From an uncultured delta proteobacterium (GTDB lineage Bacteria; Myxococcota_A; Polyangia; Polyangiales; B10-G4), in NCBI GenBank assembly GCA_963727445.1, contig CAVSGI010000020.1, forward strand, positions 448,001 through 512,000: a stretch of 64,000 nt of DNA, written 5' to 3'. Shown in pieces: positions 30,226 through 39,911 of this stretch (position 1 is the first letter of the stretch; each line of letters begins with the position of its first letter). Position numbers and translations under genes: made by a program. Below the pieces are notes generated by a model. That model made no database searches. It was not told the DNA's origin and saw nothing but the letters and a program-made list of their open reading frames with translations.

Positions 30226-31337
30226 CAGCCGAGCTGGTTTCGGAGCTCGACGATGTGCTTTCGCAGCGGAACGATGAACTCCATGCTGATGGTGCTGTTC
30301 TTGGTGTCCATGGCGCGGGCCGTGTGCCACTTGGAGAGCGCGAGGCGCGCCGTCGCCCGCACGAACTCCGCGCCGATCTTCCCGTGCTTCATCCGGGCCT
30401 TCAGCGTGCCGAAGGCCGAGCAGACCAGCTCGAGCTCGCCCCGGTCGATGGTGCCGAGGGCGACCTCGTCGAGGAGGTTTTCGCGGATGATCTTGCCGCG
30501 GCGCCGCACCAGGAAGCCAATCATGATCAGGAAGCCGACGACGAAGATGAGCCAGAGCGGGAAGAGGAGCAGGAAGGGGATCCCCTGACCGAAGGTCGCC
30601 GAGGCGTTCCAGATCATGTGGAGCATCACCGCGCCCATGTAGCCGAAGAAGGGCGCCATGTACTTCACGGCCGGCGAGCGCGTCTCGCGGGAGATGCCCA
30701 TCGCGATGCCGAACATGCTGGTGTAGACGGGGTGGGCCCAGGGGCCGAGGACGCCGCGCAAGAAGACGGTCATCGCGAGGATGTCCGCGCCCTGCTGCAT
30801 CGCCTCGGAGTAGTAGATGACGTTCTCCACCGCCGCGAAGCCGATGGCGGTGAAGACCGCGTAGATGATGCCGTCCACGACCCCATCGAACTCGCGCTTC
30901 AAGAAGAAGGCGACGCCCCAGATGCCGAGGCACTTGAAGCCCTCTTCGACGAAGGGCGCGCTGATCACGGCGCCGAGCACCTCGCCGAGCTGCGGGTCGA
31001 TGAGCTGCGCGAAGCCCATGACCGCCGAATTGATCACCGCGGAGAAGCCGCAGGCCACGATACCCCCCCACGCCAGGCTGCCGAGGAGCGCGTACCAGGG
31101 CTCGGGGTCGTAGCGATCGAGGAGCCGCGGCACGGTCAGGTACATGAGCATCGCGGGGAAGGCGAGGATGGCGCCGAGGAACATCGCACCGTAGTTGCCG
31201 ATGGGGTCGCCCATGAAGAGCGGCGGCACCAAGAAGACCGCGAAGAGGAGCACCAGGCCCGCGAGGAGCGCTGCGACGAAGAGGCCGAGGCCGATCTGTC
31301 GCCGCTTCTTGTCCGGGTCGGGCAGGCTCTCGCGCAT
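30225..31337 (-). CDS. prsW: PrsW-family intramembrane protease
   Basis: DRYDPEP, APFVEEGFK, DGIIYA..GFAAVEN, AHPVYT, LHMIWN; multiple TM segments. Confidence 0.93.
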   Translation of the reverse strand: MRESLPDPDKKRRQIGLGLFVAALLAGLVLLFAVFLVPPLFMGDPIGNYGAMFLGAILAFPAMLMYLTVPRLLDRYDPEPWYALLGSLAWGGIVACGFSAVINSAVMGFAQLIDPQLGEVLGAVISAPFVEEGFKCLGIWGVAFFLKREFDGVVDGIIYAVFTAIGFAAVENVIYYSEAMQQGADILAMTVFLRGVLGPWAHPVYTSMFGIAMGISRETRSPAVKYMAPFFGYMGAVMLHMIWNASATFGQGIPFLLLFPLWLIFVVGFLIMIGFLVRRRGKIIRENLLDEVALGTIDRGELELVCSAFGTLKARMKHGKIGAEFVRATARLALSKWHTARAMDTKNSTISMEFIVPLRKHIVELRNQLG

Positions 31338-31359
31338 GGCCGGTCGCGAGGATACCCGA

Positions 31360-33214
31360 TCAGGTCAGGCGGAGCGCCCGATTCAGGAGCGCGCCCAGGG
31401 CGCGGTGCACCTGGGGTGCATCGCCGAAGGAAAGCGCGCGCTCCGCCCGGCGCTCGGCAGCGGCGAGGAAGGTCGGGACCTCGCCGTAGCGCGGCAGGTG
31501 CGACAGCGCGGTGAACGCGCGGGCGATGGCGTCGGCGCCGAGGGCGTCGCGCTTCGCGCGGAGCTGCGCTTCGACGAGGACGTTGAGCTGCGAGAGAAAG
31601 CGCACGTGCGGCAGAAGCCCCCGGCCGTGAGCGACGGGCGAGGCGGCGAGGAGCTCCCAGCCGGCTTCGGGATGCTTCTTCTGCGAGCCGAGGGCGGTGC
31701 CGAGGAGCCGGCGCGCGACCAGGCCCGGAAGCGGCATCTCCTCGATCGCGGACAGGACCGTCTCGTGCCGGAGCACGCGAAGCGCCTCGCGCAGCGCATC
31801 CGTCTCGACGAGCGCGCCCGCCCAGGCGACGCGCAGCCACGTTTCCCGCGACGCGCGCCGTCCATCCGGAAGCGCGTCGAGCATCGCGTTCGCTTCTCCG
31901 TAGACCGAGCGCGCTTCGTCGAGACGTCCCGCGCGACCGAGCGCGTCGATCAGGTAGCCCGCGGTCCGCGTGGTGCCGCTCGGTCGATGCGCGCGCACGA
32001 TGGTGAGGGCGCTCTTCTGGTGTTTTACCGCGGCCGCAGCGCGCCCCCGCGCCAGGGCCACCAGCCCCGCGCAGCCGTGGGCCTTCAAGAGCTCGCCGCG
32101 CAGCCGCCCGCGCTTCGCCGCCGCGATCGACGCCTCCGCGGCCTCGGTCGCTTCGGGGAAGCGGCAGAGTTTGGCGAAGGTGAGCGCCTCGTGCTGGGCG
32201 AGGAGCGAGCGCTGCTCGTCGGGCACGGCCTCCTCGCCGGCCGGGCTCCGGGCGAGGGCGCGCGCCTGCGAGAGGATCGTCGCGCTCTCGTCGGGCGCGC
32301 CCAGATGACGGCTCACCGCGCCCATCATCGTCAGCACCTCGACGCGAAGGTCCGGTCGGTAGTCGGGGAGCTCCGAGAGCAGGCGCTCGAGCGGCTCGCG
32401 CTGGGTCGGCCAGCGGTAGCCGTCCCAGCCGCTTCGAAAGGTCCGTCGCGCGTCGGCGACCGCGGATTCGGGATCGCGCCGGGTCGTGGGCTGTGCGGCG
32501 AGGGCCGCGTCGAGGAGCGCCGCGGTAGTGGCGACGCCCACCACCTCGACCTCCGTACCGCCCGCCGCCGTGCGCACCGAGGCGAGATTGCGGCTCGGCA
32601 CGATCGCGCGCGACAGAATCCGCGCGCGAGGCGAGGGATCCTTCGAGCTTGCTCGAGAGCCCGCCGACCGAACCGATCTTGTCGCCGAGGAGCTCGCCGC
32701 TCACCAGCGTCGTCGATCGGACGCGCCGCCCGCTGAAGAGCGCCACCGCCGACACGAAGGTCGCGGCGCCGAGAGAGCGACCCGACACGTCGAGGCGCGG
32801 CGCCACCGCCGGTTGTGCGAAGGCGAGGCCGTAACGGTCGAGGGGCAGGCGCGGCTCGGCGTGCTCCGCCGCCGCTCGGAGCGCGTCCTCGACTCCCTCG
32901 CCCTGGAGGCTCGAGCGCGTCGACACGAAGACCAGGCGAGCGAAGCCGACGCCGGTCTCGGTCACGAACGGAAGGAGCACGGCGTGCGGCGGTACGGGCG
33001 CCGACTGACCCTCGAGGAGGGCGCGCCCGATCCCGAGCGCACGCAGCCGTTCCGCCATCGCCTCCGACACCGCGCCCGGGTCCGAGAGAAGCAGGGCACG
33101 TTCGATGGCGTCGAGGAGGAAGCGCCGCTCGCCGATCCGCTTCGCCGCCGCGTGGCGCGCCACGAGCAGATCCAGCCGACCCGCGATCACCAGCGCTTCG
33201 ATGGGGGTATCCAC
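31360..33214 (-). CDS. Lon-type (S16) Ser-Lys protease domain fused to TPR-like helical region, ~617 aa; +1 frameshift near 32617
   Basis: DVSGRSLGAATFVSAVALFSGRRVRSTTLVSGELLGDKIGSVGGLSSKL, then after repair AIVPSRN..VEVVGVATTAALLDAAL; parallels Lon DGPSAG..TGE..IGGLKEK..IP..N; no Walker A seen. Confidence 0.75.
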
Positions 33215-33266
33215 TGAGCCCCGAAGAGTAGGGCCTGTGGGCCCGAGCGAGTAAGATCATCGGCCG

Positions 33267-34772
33267 ATGCACCCCCTCACCACCATCCATGCGGCCTTCC
33301 ACGAGCCGCAGACGCGGATCTACAAGGTGGTGAACGTCACGGTCTGGGTGCTGATCGTCCTGTCGGTCGTCCTCCTCGTGGTCGAGCCCTTCCTGGTCGA
33401 GCAGCCGTCTCACGCGCTCAGGTGGTTGGTGGCGATCGACGAGACACTCCTGGCCATCTTCGCGGTGGAGGTGTCCCTGAGGCTCCTCTCCTACCGACCA
33501 CCCGACCTGGACGTCTTTCGGCGGCCGCCGCTCGGCGCGCTCAGGACGCACCTCTGGTCGCGGTTGGCCTTCGCCTGTCAGCCCATGAACGTCGTGGACA
33601 TCATCACGGTGATGTCCTTCGTGCCGGCGCTGCGGAGCCTCCGCGCGCTGCGACTGTTGCGACTGCTCCGGACGATGAAGGTGTTCCGGTACGCCAACCC
33701 CTTCGAGGGTGTGATCCTCGCCATCGAGCGCGACCGGCTGCTCTTCACGCTGGCCTTCGGGTTGCTCCTGGTGGAGGTGGTCCTGGGCGGGGTCAGTATC
33801 TACCTCGTCGAGCGCGTTCAGAACCCGGGCATCAACAGCATCGGCGACGGCGTGTGGTGGGCGCTGGTGACGATCACCACCGTCGGCTTCGGCGACATCA
33901 CGGCGGTCACACCCCTCGGGCGGGTGGTGGCGGGCGTCCTGATGGTCGGCGGCATGTTCATGTTGGCCTTCTTCGCAGGTATCGTCGGCCACAGCCTGCT
34001 CAACACCGTGCTCAGCGTGAGGGAGGAACAGTTCCGGATGTCCGGCTACGTCAATCACATCGTCGTCTGCGGCTTCACCGACGACTCGTCGCTCCTGCTC
34101 GGAGGCCTGTCGGACGAGCTGGACCTCGACAAGACCAAGGTGCTGCTCTTCGCGAACCGGCCGCGGCCCAACTCTCTGCCGCCGCAGTTCATGTGGGTCG
34201 AGGGGGACCCCTCGAAGGAGAGCGAGCTCGACAAGGGGCGGCTCACCCACGCACGCGCCGTGATCCTCGTCGCCGATCACAACGAGCACGGCTCGCAGGC
34301 CGACGCGATGACCATCCTGACGGCGTTCACCATCCGCAGTTACATGGCGAAAAAGCAGAGCTCGGGCGACCGAAAGAACGAGCTCTACGTCATCGCGGAG
34401 ATCCTCGACCCCGAGAACATCGACCACGCGCGCACCGCGGGCATCGACGAGGTCGTGCAGACCCAGCGGGTGGGGATGGACCTCATCACCCACGCGGTGA
34501 CCAACCCCGGAACCGGCGGCCTGATCGCGCAGATCGCGCTCCACACCGAGGCCAGCATCTACGTCGGCCAGGTTCCGGACGCCCTCGAGCTGCCGACGAG
34601 CTATGCCGATGTCGCGGCGCACGTTCGCAAGACGACTGGGGCGCTGGTCATCGGATATCGGCCTTCGATGTCGGACCCTTCGCGGATCAACCCACCCGAC
34701 GACACCCGCATCCAAGCCGGCGGCCTGCTCGTGTATCTGGCCGAAGGGCCGGTGCTCGCCGCCGCGACCTGA
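33267..34772 (+). CDS. Voltage-gated-type potassium channel with RCK domain
   Basis: S4-like LRSLRALRLLRLLR, filter TTVGFGD, NHIVVCG Rossmann-like RCK. Confidence 0.93.
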   Translation: MHPLTTIHAAFHEPQTRIYKVVNVTVWVLIVLSVVLLVVEPFLVEQPSHALRWLVAIDETLLAIFAVEVSLRLLSYRPPDLDVFRRPPLGALRTHLWSRLAFACQPMNVVDIITVMSFVPALRSLRALRLLRLLRTMKVFRYANPFEGVILAIERDRLLFTLAFGLLLVEVVLGGVSIYLVERVQNPGINSIGDGVWWALVTITTVGFGDITAVTPLGRVVAGVLMVGGMFMLAFFAGIVGHSLLNTVLSVREEQFRMSGYVNHIVVCGFTDDSSLLLGGLSDELDLDKTKVLLFANRPRPNSLPPQFMWVEGDPSKESELDKGRLTHARAVILVADHNEHGSQADAMTILTAFTIRSYMAKKQSSGDRKNELYVIAEILDPENIDHARTAGIDEVVQTQRVGMDLITHAVTNPGTGGLIAQIALHTEASIYVGQVPDALELPTSYADVAAHVRKTTGALVIGYRPSMSDPSRINPPDDTRIQAGGLLVYLAEGPVLAAAT

Positions 34773-34779
34773 CGAGGCG

Positions 34780-37026
34780 ATGCGCGTCTCGATAGCAGCA
34801 GTGCTCGTCGCCCTCCTGAGCCTCTCGTGCGGCGACGACGACGAAGCGGCGAGCGGTGATCCGGCGGCGGGTGGCGGAGCCACCGGGTCGGCGCGCGCGG
34901 AGCCCGCGACCGAGGAAGAGACCGGCTTCACCGTACGCTACGACCTGGCCTCGCACCTCATGCGCGCCGAGATGCGTGAAGGCGAGTCGCTGGTGGTGGA
35001 TCTCGGCGCGCCGCGGGGACACCAGCACACCCTCGGCGGCTGGCAGACGCAGCTCGGGGGGGATCATCGCCTCGGCGGGACGAGCGTGCTGATCATCCCG
35101 CGCACGGTCGGTCGGCTCCTGTTGCCGCGGATGGGGCAGGGGACTTTCGAGGTGGCGATTCGGGCTCGCGCCTTCGCGGATGGGCGCACCACCGTCTACC
35201 TGGACGAGCAGACCATCGCCCACGCCACGCTGCCCACCGACGGCGACTACGCGATCATCCGTGCGACGCTCCCCGAGGATGCGCTGGCCGAAGGTGAGCG
35301 CTTCCTACAGCTGCGCGTCGCGAGCGCCGGGAGCGCGCCGGGGGTCGGCAGCGCTGGGCTCGCCCTCGACTGGATGCGGATCGGTCCCGCGGGCACGACC
35401 TTCCGCGAGACCCCGCCGCCGACGGCCGAGGCGATGGTCGACGACGCGGGGCGGCTCACGATCCCCGAGGGGACGAGCGTCGCTTGGAGCTTCGAGGTGC
35501 TGCCTGGCGCGCGCCTGCGCGCGGTGCCGAGCGGCGAAGGGAGCGTCGTCGCGCGGGTGAGCACCGATGAAGGCGTGCCGCGAAGCACCACGCTCGACGC
35601 AGGGGAGGATGGAGCTCTGCTTCTCGACCTCGGGGCCCACGCCGGCGAAGTGGTGCGCGTCGACCTGAGCACCGAAGGCGAGGTGGCCCTCGCCGAGCCC
35701 GCGATCGTGACGCCCGGCGAGGCTCGCCCGGCATCGCGGCCGCCGGCGCCCACGAACGTCGTGGTCTACCTGGTGGACACCCTGCGCGCCGACAAGCTTC
35801 GCATCTACGCGCCCGAGACGCGGGTGCGCACGCCGGGGCTCTCGGCGTGGGCCGAGGCGGGGGCGGCGATCTTCGATCGCGGCCACAGCCAGGAGAACTG
35901 GACCAAGCCCTCGGTGGCGACGCTCCTGTCGGGCTTGATGCCCTGGGAGCACAACGCGACCGCGGACGACGCGGTGCTGCCGGGGAGCGTGGCGCTGTTG
36001 TCGGAGATCCTGAAGGACGCGGGCTTTCACACCGGCGCTTTCATCGCCAACGGCTACGTCTCGGACAAGTTCGGCTTCCGCCAGGGCTTCGACTCGTTTC
36101 GCAACTACATCCGGGAGGGGCGCCGCACCCAGGCACGCTTCGTCGCGGCGGACGTACTCGGATGGCTCGACGATCGTCCGGAGGATCAGCCCTTCTTCCT
36201 CTACATCCACACCATCGACCCCCACGTCCCCTACATGCCTCCGGAGGACGTGCTCAGGACCTATGATCCCGACCCCTACGAGGGGCCCGTCGACTTCGCG
36301 CGCGACCGGGAGACCCTCGAGAAGATCAAGAGCGGCGCGCTCCACGTGAACGACCGTGACAAGGCGCGCCTCGAGGCGCTCTACGACGGGGAGATCACCT
36401 ACCACGACGTCCACTTCGCTTCGATCGTCGAGGGGCTTTCGCGCCGCGGCCTCGCGGGCGACACGCTGGTGGTCTTCACCGCCGACCACGGCGAGGAATT
36501 CTTCGACCACGGCTCGGTGGGCCATGGGCACTCCGTCTACGAGGAGCTCCTGAATGTTCCCCTGGTGATCCGCATCCCGGGCCTCGACGGGGCTGGCGCA
36601 CACGTCGAGGAGGCGGCCGGCCTCGTCGACGTCGCGCCCACCATCCTCGACGCGCTCCATCGTCCGATCCCGGAAGAGATGTCCGGCCGCTCACTCCTGC
36701 CGCTGCTCTCGGGGGAGCCGGAGCGCGCACCGAGGCCGACGGTCAGCGGGTTCATGAACGGTTGGCGCACGATCGTGGTCGGCCGTTACAAGCTCATTCA
36801 GCGCACGGCCTCCCGCATGATGCTCTACGACCTCGAGGCCGACCCGGACGAGATGCACGACCTCGCCGAGGCGCGCCCGCTGACGCTTCGCTATCTCCGC
36901 GGTCTGCTCGGCCTGGTGCTCGCCGGCGCGCACGAGTCCCACGCCGCCGAGCACACGGAGATCGACGCCGAGACCGAGGCGCAGCTCCGCGCGCTCGGCT
37001 ACGTGGGCACCTCGAGGCCCGAGTAG
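34780..37026 (+). CDS. Sulfatase/alkaline-phosphatase superfamily lipoprotein
   Basis: Lipobox SLSC; NVVVYLVDTLRAD, WTKPSVATLLSG, DPHVPY, YDGEI, ADHGEEF..HG, QLRALGY. Confidence 0.9.
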   Translation: MRVSIAAVLVALLSLSCGDDDEAASGDPAAGGGATGSARAEPATEEETGFTVRYDLASHLMRAEMREGESLVVDLGAPRGHQHTLGGWQTQLGGDHRLGGTSVLIIPRTVGRLLLPRMGQGTFEVAIRARAFADGRTTVYLDEQTIAHATLPTDGDYAIIRATLPEDALAEGERFLQLRVASAGSAPGVGSAGLALDWMRIGPAGTTFRETPPPTAEAMVDDAGRLTIPEGTSVAWSFEVLPGARLRAVPSGEGSVVARVSTDEGVPRSTTLDAGEDGALLLDLGAHAGEVVRVDLSTEGEVALAEPAIVTPGEARPASRPPAPTNVVVYLVDTLRADKLRIYAPETRVRTPGLSAWAEAGAAIFDRGHSQENWTKPSVATLLSGLMPWEHNATADDAVLPGSVALLSEILKDAGFHTGAFIANGYVSDKFGFRQGFDSFRNYIREGRRTQARFVAADVLGWLDDRPEDQPFFLYIHTIDPHVPYMPPEDVLRTYDPDPYEGPVDFARDRETLEKIKSGALHVNDRDKARLEALYDGEITYHDVHFASIVEGLSRRGLAGDTLVVFTADHGEEFFDHGSVGHGHSVYEELLNVPLVIRIPGLDGAGAHVEEAAGLVDVAPTILDALHRPIPEEMSGRSLLPLLSGEPERAPRPTVSGFMNGWRTIVVGRYKLIQRTASRMMLYDLEADPDEMHDLAEARPLTLRYLRGLLGLVLAGAHESHAAEHTEIDAETEAQLRALGYVGTSRPE

Positions 37027-37034
37027 GCTGGTGC

Positions 37035-37592
37035 CTAGAAGTTCAGACCTATCTGGAAGCCGAAGGGGTAGCTGACCCGAAAGAGCAGGGCGAGGCGCGG
37101 GGGTGCGAAATGCCAGCGCGCGCCGAAGCTCACCAGCGGCGATGGGCTCGCGCACACCCCTCGGACGCCCATCCCTTTGTCGCAATCGTAGATCCCCACC
37201 GTGAGCCCCAGCTCGGGAAAGAGCGACCACTTGTCGTTCACGTAGAAGTTCCACTGGGCCGCGACCTCGGGCCAGATGCTCCAGTCCCCCCAGCATCCAT
37301 AGCGGTTGCAGCGCCGGGCGCCGTTCCATCCGTCCCAGTTCACGAACATCGCTTCGCCGCCGAAGGTGATGGCGAACTCGTCCTCTACGCGGCCGTTGAT
37401 GAAGCCGTCGGGCACGATGGGGATGTCGACCCGGAAGCCCGCGCCGAAGGCCCACCACCAGCCCAGGTCACCATGGACGTCGAAGCGCACCCCGTCGATC
37501 TTGTTGTTTCGCTGCGCTTCGACGGTCGAGGCCGAGGCGAGGCTCGTCGCGACCGCTGCGAAGGCTACGGCTAGAATCGTCGTTCGTTTCAT
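37035..37592 (-). CDS. Small outer-membrane beta-barrel-like protein
   Basis: Signal peptide, aromatic-rich amphipathic strands, terminal FQIGLNF. Confidence 0.7.
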   Translation of the reverse strand: MKRTTILAVAFAAVATSLASASTVEAQRNNKIDGVRFDVHGDLGWWWAFGAGFRVDIPIVPDGFINGRVEDEFAITFGGEAMFVNWDGWNGARRCNRYGCWGDWSIWPEVAAQWNFYVNDKWSLFPELGLTVGIYDCDKGMGVRGVCASPSPLVSFGARWHFAPPRLALLFRVSYPFGFQIGLNF

Positions 37593-38287
37593 CGGTGTCC
37601 CCTCATGCCGTGATGCCGGTGATGCCGGTGTCCGAAGCCGCGCGGGCGTGGGCCATGATGCCCCATATGCCGTCCGTGGTGGTGGTCGTCTTCGTACTCG
37701 AAGACGACCACGCCGGGCGGTGCGGGGACGCCGAGCTGGACGTCGATGCGCGCCCTCGGGACGGGTGCGTCGACGACGACCTGGGCGCTCGGCGCCACCG
37801 GCTGCTGCACCACCACCTGCGCCCGCGGCCGGCGGTGCCGGTGGCCGCGCACCACGACCAGGGTGTCGAGGGAGCCGCGATAGGCCCGATCGTCGACGAC
37901 ATACACCACCTGGGTCGGCCCGGGCACGATCGTCGGTCCCCGAAGCACACCGTAATAGCGGCCATCATCCCAGGCGAGCATCACCGGGCGTGGGCCCTGG
38001 GCGGTCTGCACCGTGACCGTGAGCTGCGCGCCCGGGGCGGGTGGGACGTCGTTGACGACGTAGGCCTCGATCACGCCGTCGGCGTGCGGCACCACCTCGA
38101 CGGGATGCGGTCCCGCCGTGACCACGGTTCCGCCATGGCTCGCCTGAAGCTGCACCGGGGGCGGTGTCGCCTCCACGGTGACGGACGCCGGGGCGTTCAT
38201 CAGGGGCGGGGGTTCGGGCTCGTCCTGGCAGCCGCCAGCCGTGAGGAGGGCGGATAGCAGGAGCATGCGGAGGATGTTTCCATGCAT
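37589..38287 (-). CDS. Lipoprotein with His-rich C-terminus
   Basis: Lipobox AGGC; SHGGTVV..HPVEVV; tail DDHHHGRHMGHHG..HRHHRHHG; ATGA overlap with the barrel gene. Confidence 0.7.
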   Translation of the reverse strand: MHGNILRMLLLSALLTAGGCQDEPEPPPLMNAPASVTVEATPPPVQLQASHGGTVVTAGPHPVEVVPHADGVIEAYVVNDVPPAPGAQLTVTVQTAQGPRPVMLAWDDGRYYGVLRGPTIVPGPTQVVYVVDDRAYRGSLDTLVVVRGHRHRRPRAQVVVQQPVAPSAQVVVDAPVPRARIDVQLGVPAPPGVVVFEYEDDHHHGRHMGHHGPRPRGFGHRHHRHHGMRGHR

Positions 38288-38393
38288 GCCGAGATGTATA
38301 GCATCGTATCTACAATCGATGCCAGGGGATGGTTTTTGGGCGGAATTTTGTGTTTTGACGGGATGGCGCCATGTGCTATATAGAAAAAGTCGT

Positions 38394-38846
38394 ATGCAAG
38401 ATGGTGGTCAGGTGGGGGCGCGGATCCGCGAGGCTCGGCAGCAGCGTGGGCTGAACAAGAATCAGCTCGCCCGTGCCCTGGGGACGTCCTGGCAGCACCT
38501 CGACAACTGGGAGAAGGGGAAGGTGGAACCGAGCCTCGGCTCCATCCGCAAGCTCTCCGAGGTGCTGGGGGTGAGCGCGGATTACCTCCTCGGTCTCGGC
38601 GACGCCGCGGCGCCGCGCCGCTCCGCGATCGACGAGTTCTTCGCGACCCTCGCACCCCCCGATCTCACGCCCGAGGAAGAGCACTGGCTGCGCAACGCTC
38701 CGGTGGACCATCAGCATCTCGATCCCGCGGACTACGCGCAGCTCCTCGACGGCGTCCGCCAGCCGGCGAGCCGCACGGCGGCCAAGTCGGGGGCGCGGCC
38801 GAGGATCGATCGCGGCGCGCTCGTGAAGAAGATCGCCGGCGAGTGA
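38394..38846 (+). CDS. XRE-family HTH transcriptional regulator
   Basis: IREARQQRGLNKNQLARALG..NWEKGKVEPS..LGVSADYLLG. Confidence 0.92.
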   Translation: MQDGGQVGARIREARQQRGLNKNQLARALGTSWQHLDNWEKGKVEPSLGSIRKLSEVLGVSADYLLGLGDAAAPRRSAIDEFFATLAPPDLTPEEEHWLRNAPVDHQHLDPADYAQLLDGVRQPASRTAAKSGARPRIDRGALVKKIAGE

Positions 38847-39860
38847 TCAAGCGAGCGGCGTGACCTCCACCCGCTCCGTCCTTCCGCCGCGGCGCATGAA
38901 GTACTCGAAGCCCGGTTTCAGAGCGGCGGCGCCGACGCTTCCATCACGACCGATCGCCAGGTAAGCGACTTGCGCTTCAGCGAGCGCACCTCCCCGGCGC
39001 CGGACGAGGCGCCGGAGGACGCCCTCGATCGCCTGCTGCGGCGCGACGCCGTTGCGCATCGCTTCGACGATGGCGAAGCTGCCGCAGGTGCGGATCACCT
39101 CTTCGCCCACCCCCGTCGCGCAGGCGGCGCCGACCTCTGCGTCGGCGTAGCCCCCCGCGCCCACGAGCGGCGAGTCGCCCACGCGCCCGGGCAGCTTGAA
39201 GGCCAGCCCCGAGGTGCTCACGCCCGCCACCACCTCGCCAGACGCATCGACGCCGAGGGCGCCGACGGTGTCGTGATTCTCCTCGGCGTCCAGGCGCATC
39301 GGGCTGCGGCCACCCGTCTCCTCCACCCACTCTCGGTAGCGGGCCTGCGCCGCCTCACCGCGAATGTCGTGGCGCTCGAAGCCCTCCTCGACGGCGAAGG
39401 CCTGGGCGCCAGCGCCGACGAGGAGGATGTGGCGCGTGTGTTCCATGACCTTTCGCGCGACCGCTATCGGGTTTTCGATCTCCTCGAGCGCGCCCACCGC
39501 GCCGGCCTCGAGGGTCGAGCCCTTCATCATCATGGCGTCGAGCTGCACCACGCCGGCTTCGTTCGGGTAGCCGCCGGCGCCGACCGTCAGGACTTCGGGG
39601 TCGCTCTCCACCGCCATCACGCCTGCCTGGATCGCGTCGAGGAGCGAGCCGGTCTCGCGAAATTTCTCGGCGCCGCGATCGCAGACCGTCTCGCCCCAGC
39701 TCCAGGTGGAGACGAGGACGAGGTGATCCTCGGAGTGGCCGTTCGCCTGCGCCGGGGGCGTCGGGTCGTGTCGCGTTTGGCGTCCGCCGCAGTCGCAAGA
39801 GGCGAGGGGCAGGCCGGTGGCAGCGATGGCGGAGTCACGGAGAAATCGTCGGCGTCGCAT
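38847..39860 (-). CDS. Glycosylasparaginase/isoaspartyl peptidase (Ntn hydrolase), Tat-exported
   Basis: MRRRRFLR signal; VGAGGYP..VQLDA, NHD/TVG autoproteolysis site, STSGL..GRVGDSP, ATGVGE. Confidence 0.92.
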   Translation of the reverse strand: MRRRRFLRDSAIAATGLPLASCDCGGRQTRHDPTPPAQANGHSEDHLVLVSTWSWGETVCDRGAEKFRETGSLLDAIQAGVMAVESDPEVLTVGAGGYPNEAGVVQLDAMMMKGSTLEAGAVGALEEIENPIAVARKVMEHTRHILLVGAGAQAFAVEEGFERHDIRGEAAQARYREWVEETGGRSPMRLDAEENHDTVGALGVDASGEVVAGVSTSGLAFKLPGRVGDSPLVGAGGYADAEVGAACATGVGEEVIRTCGSFAIVEAMRNGVAPQQAIEGVLRRLVRRRGGALAEAQVAYLAIGRDGSVGAAALKPGFEYFMRRGGRTERVEVTPLA

Positions 39861-39911
39861 GGGCGCTACTCTACTCCCGCTCGCGTCTGGTATGACGTTG
39901 GCGTGGGGAGC

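Noticed and set aside
29452..31071. 539-aa ORF as a single protein
   Set aside because: The first ~280 aa overlap prsW out of frame; only 29452-30225 looks coding.
28687..31337. Classical PrsW-RsiW-SigW module
   Set aside because: The anti-sigma candidate shows no clear TM helix or extracytoplasmic domain, so direct PrsW site-1 cleavage is not supported; the PrsW substrate remains unknown.
32331..34931. 866-aa minus-strand ORF (similarly 25716..27590, 42719..44752, 47208..49484)
   Set aside because: Shadows of well-supported opposite-strand genes; no motifs.
38394..38846. XRE gene as prophage repressor or antitoxin
   Set aside because: No phage, integrase or toxin genes adjacent.
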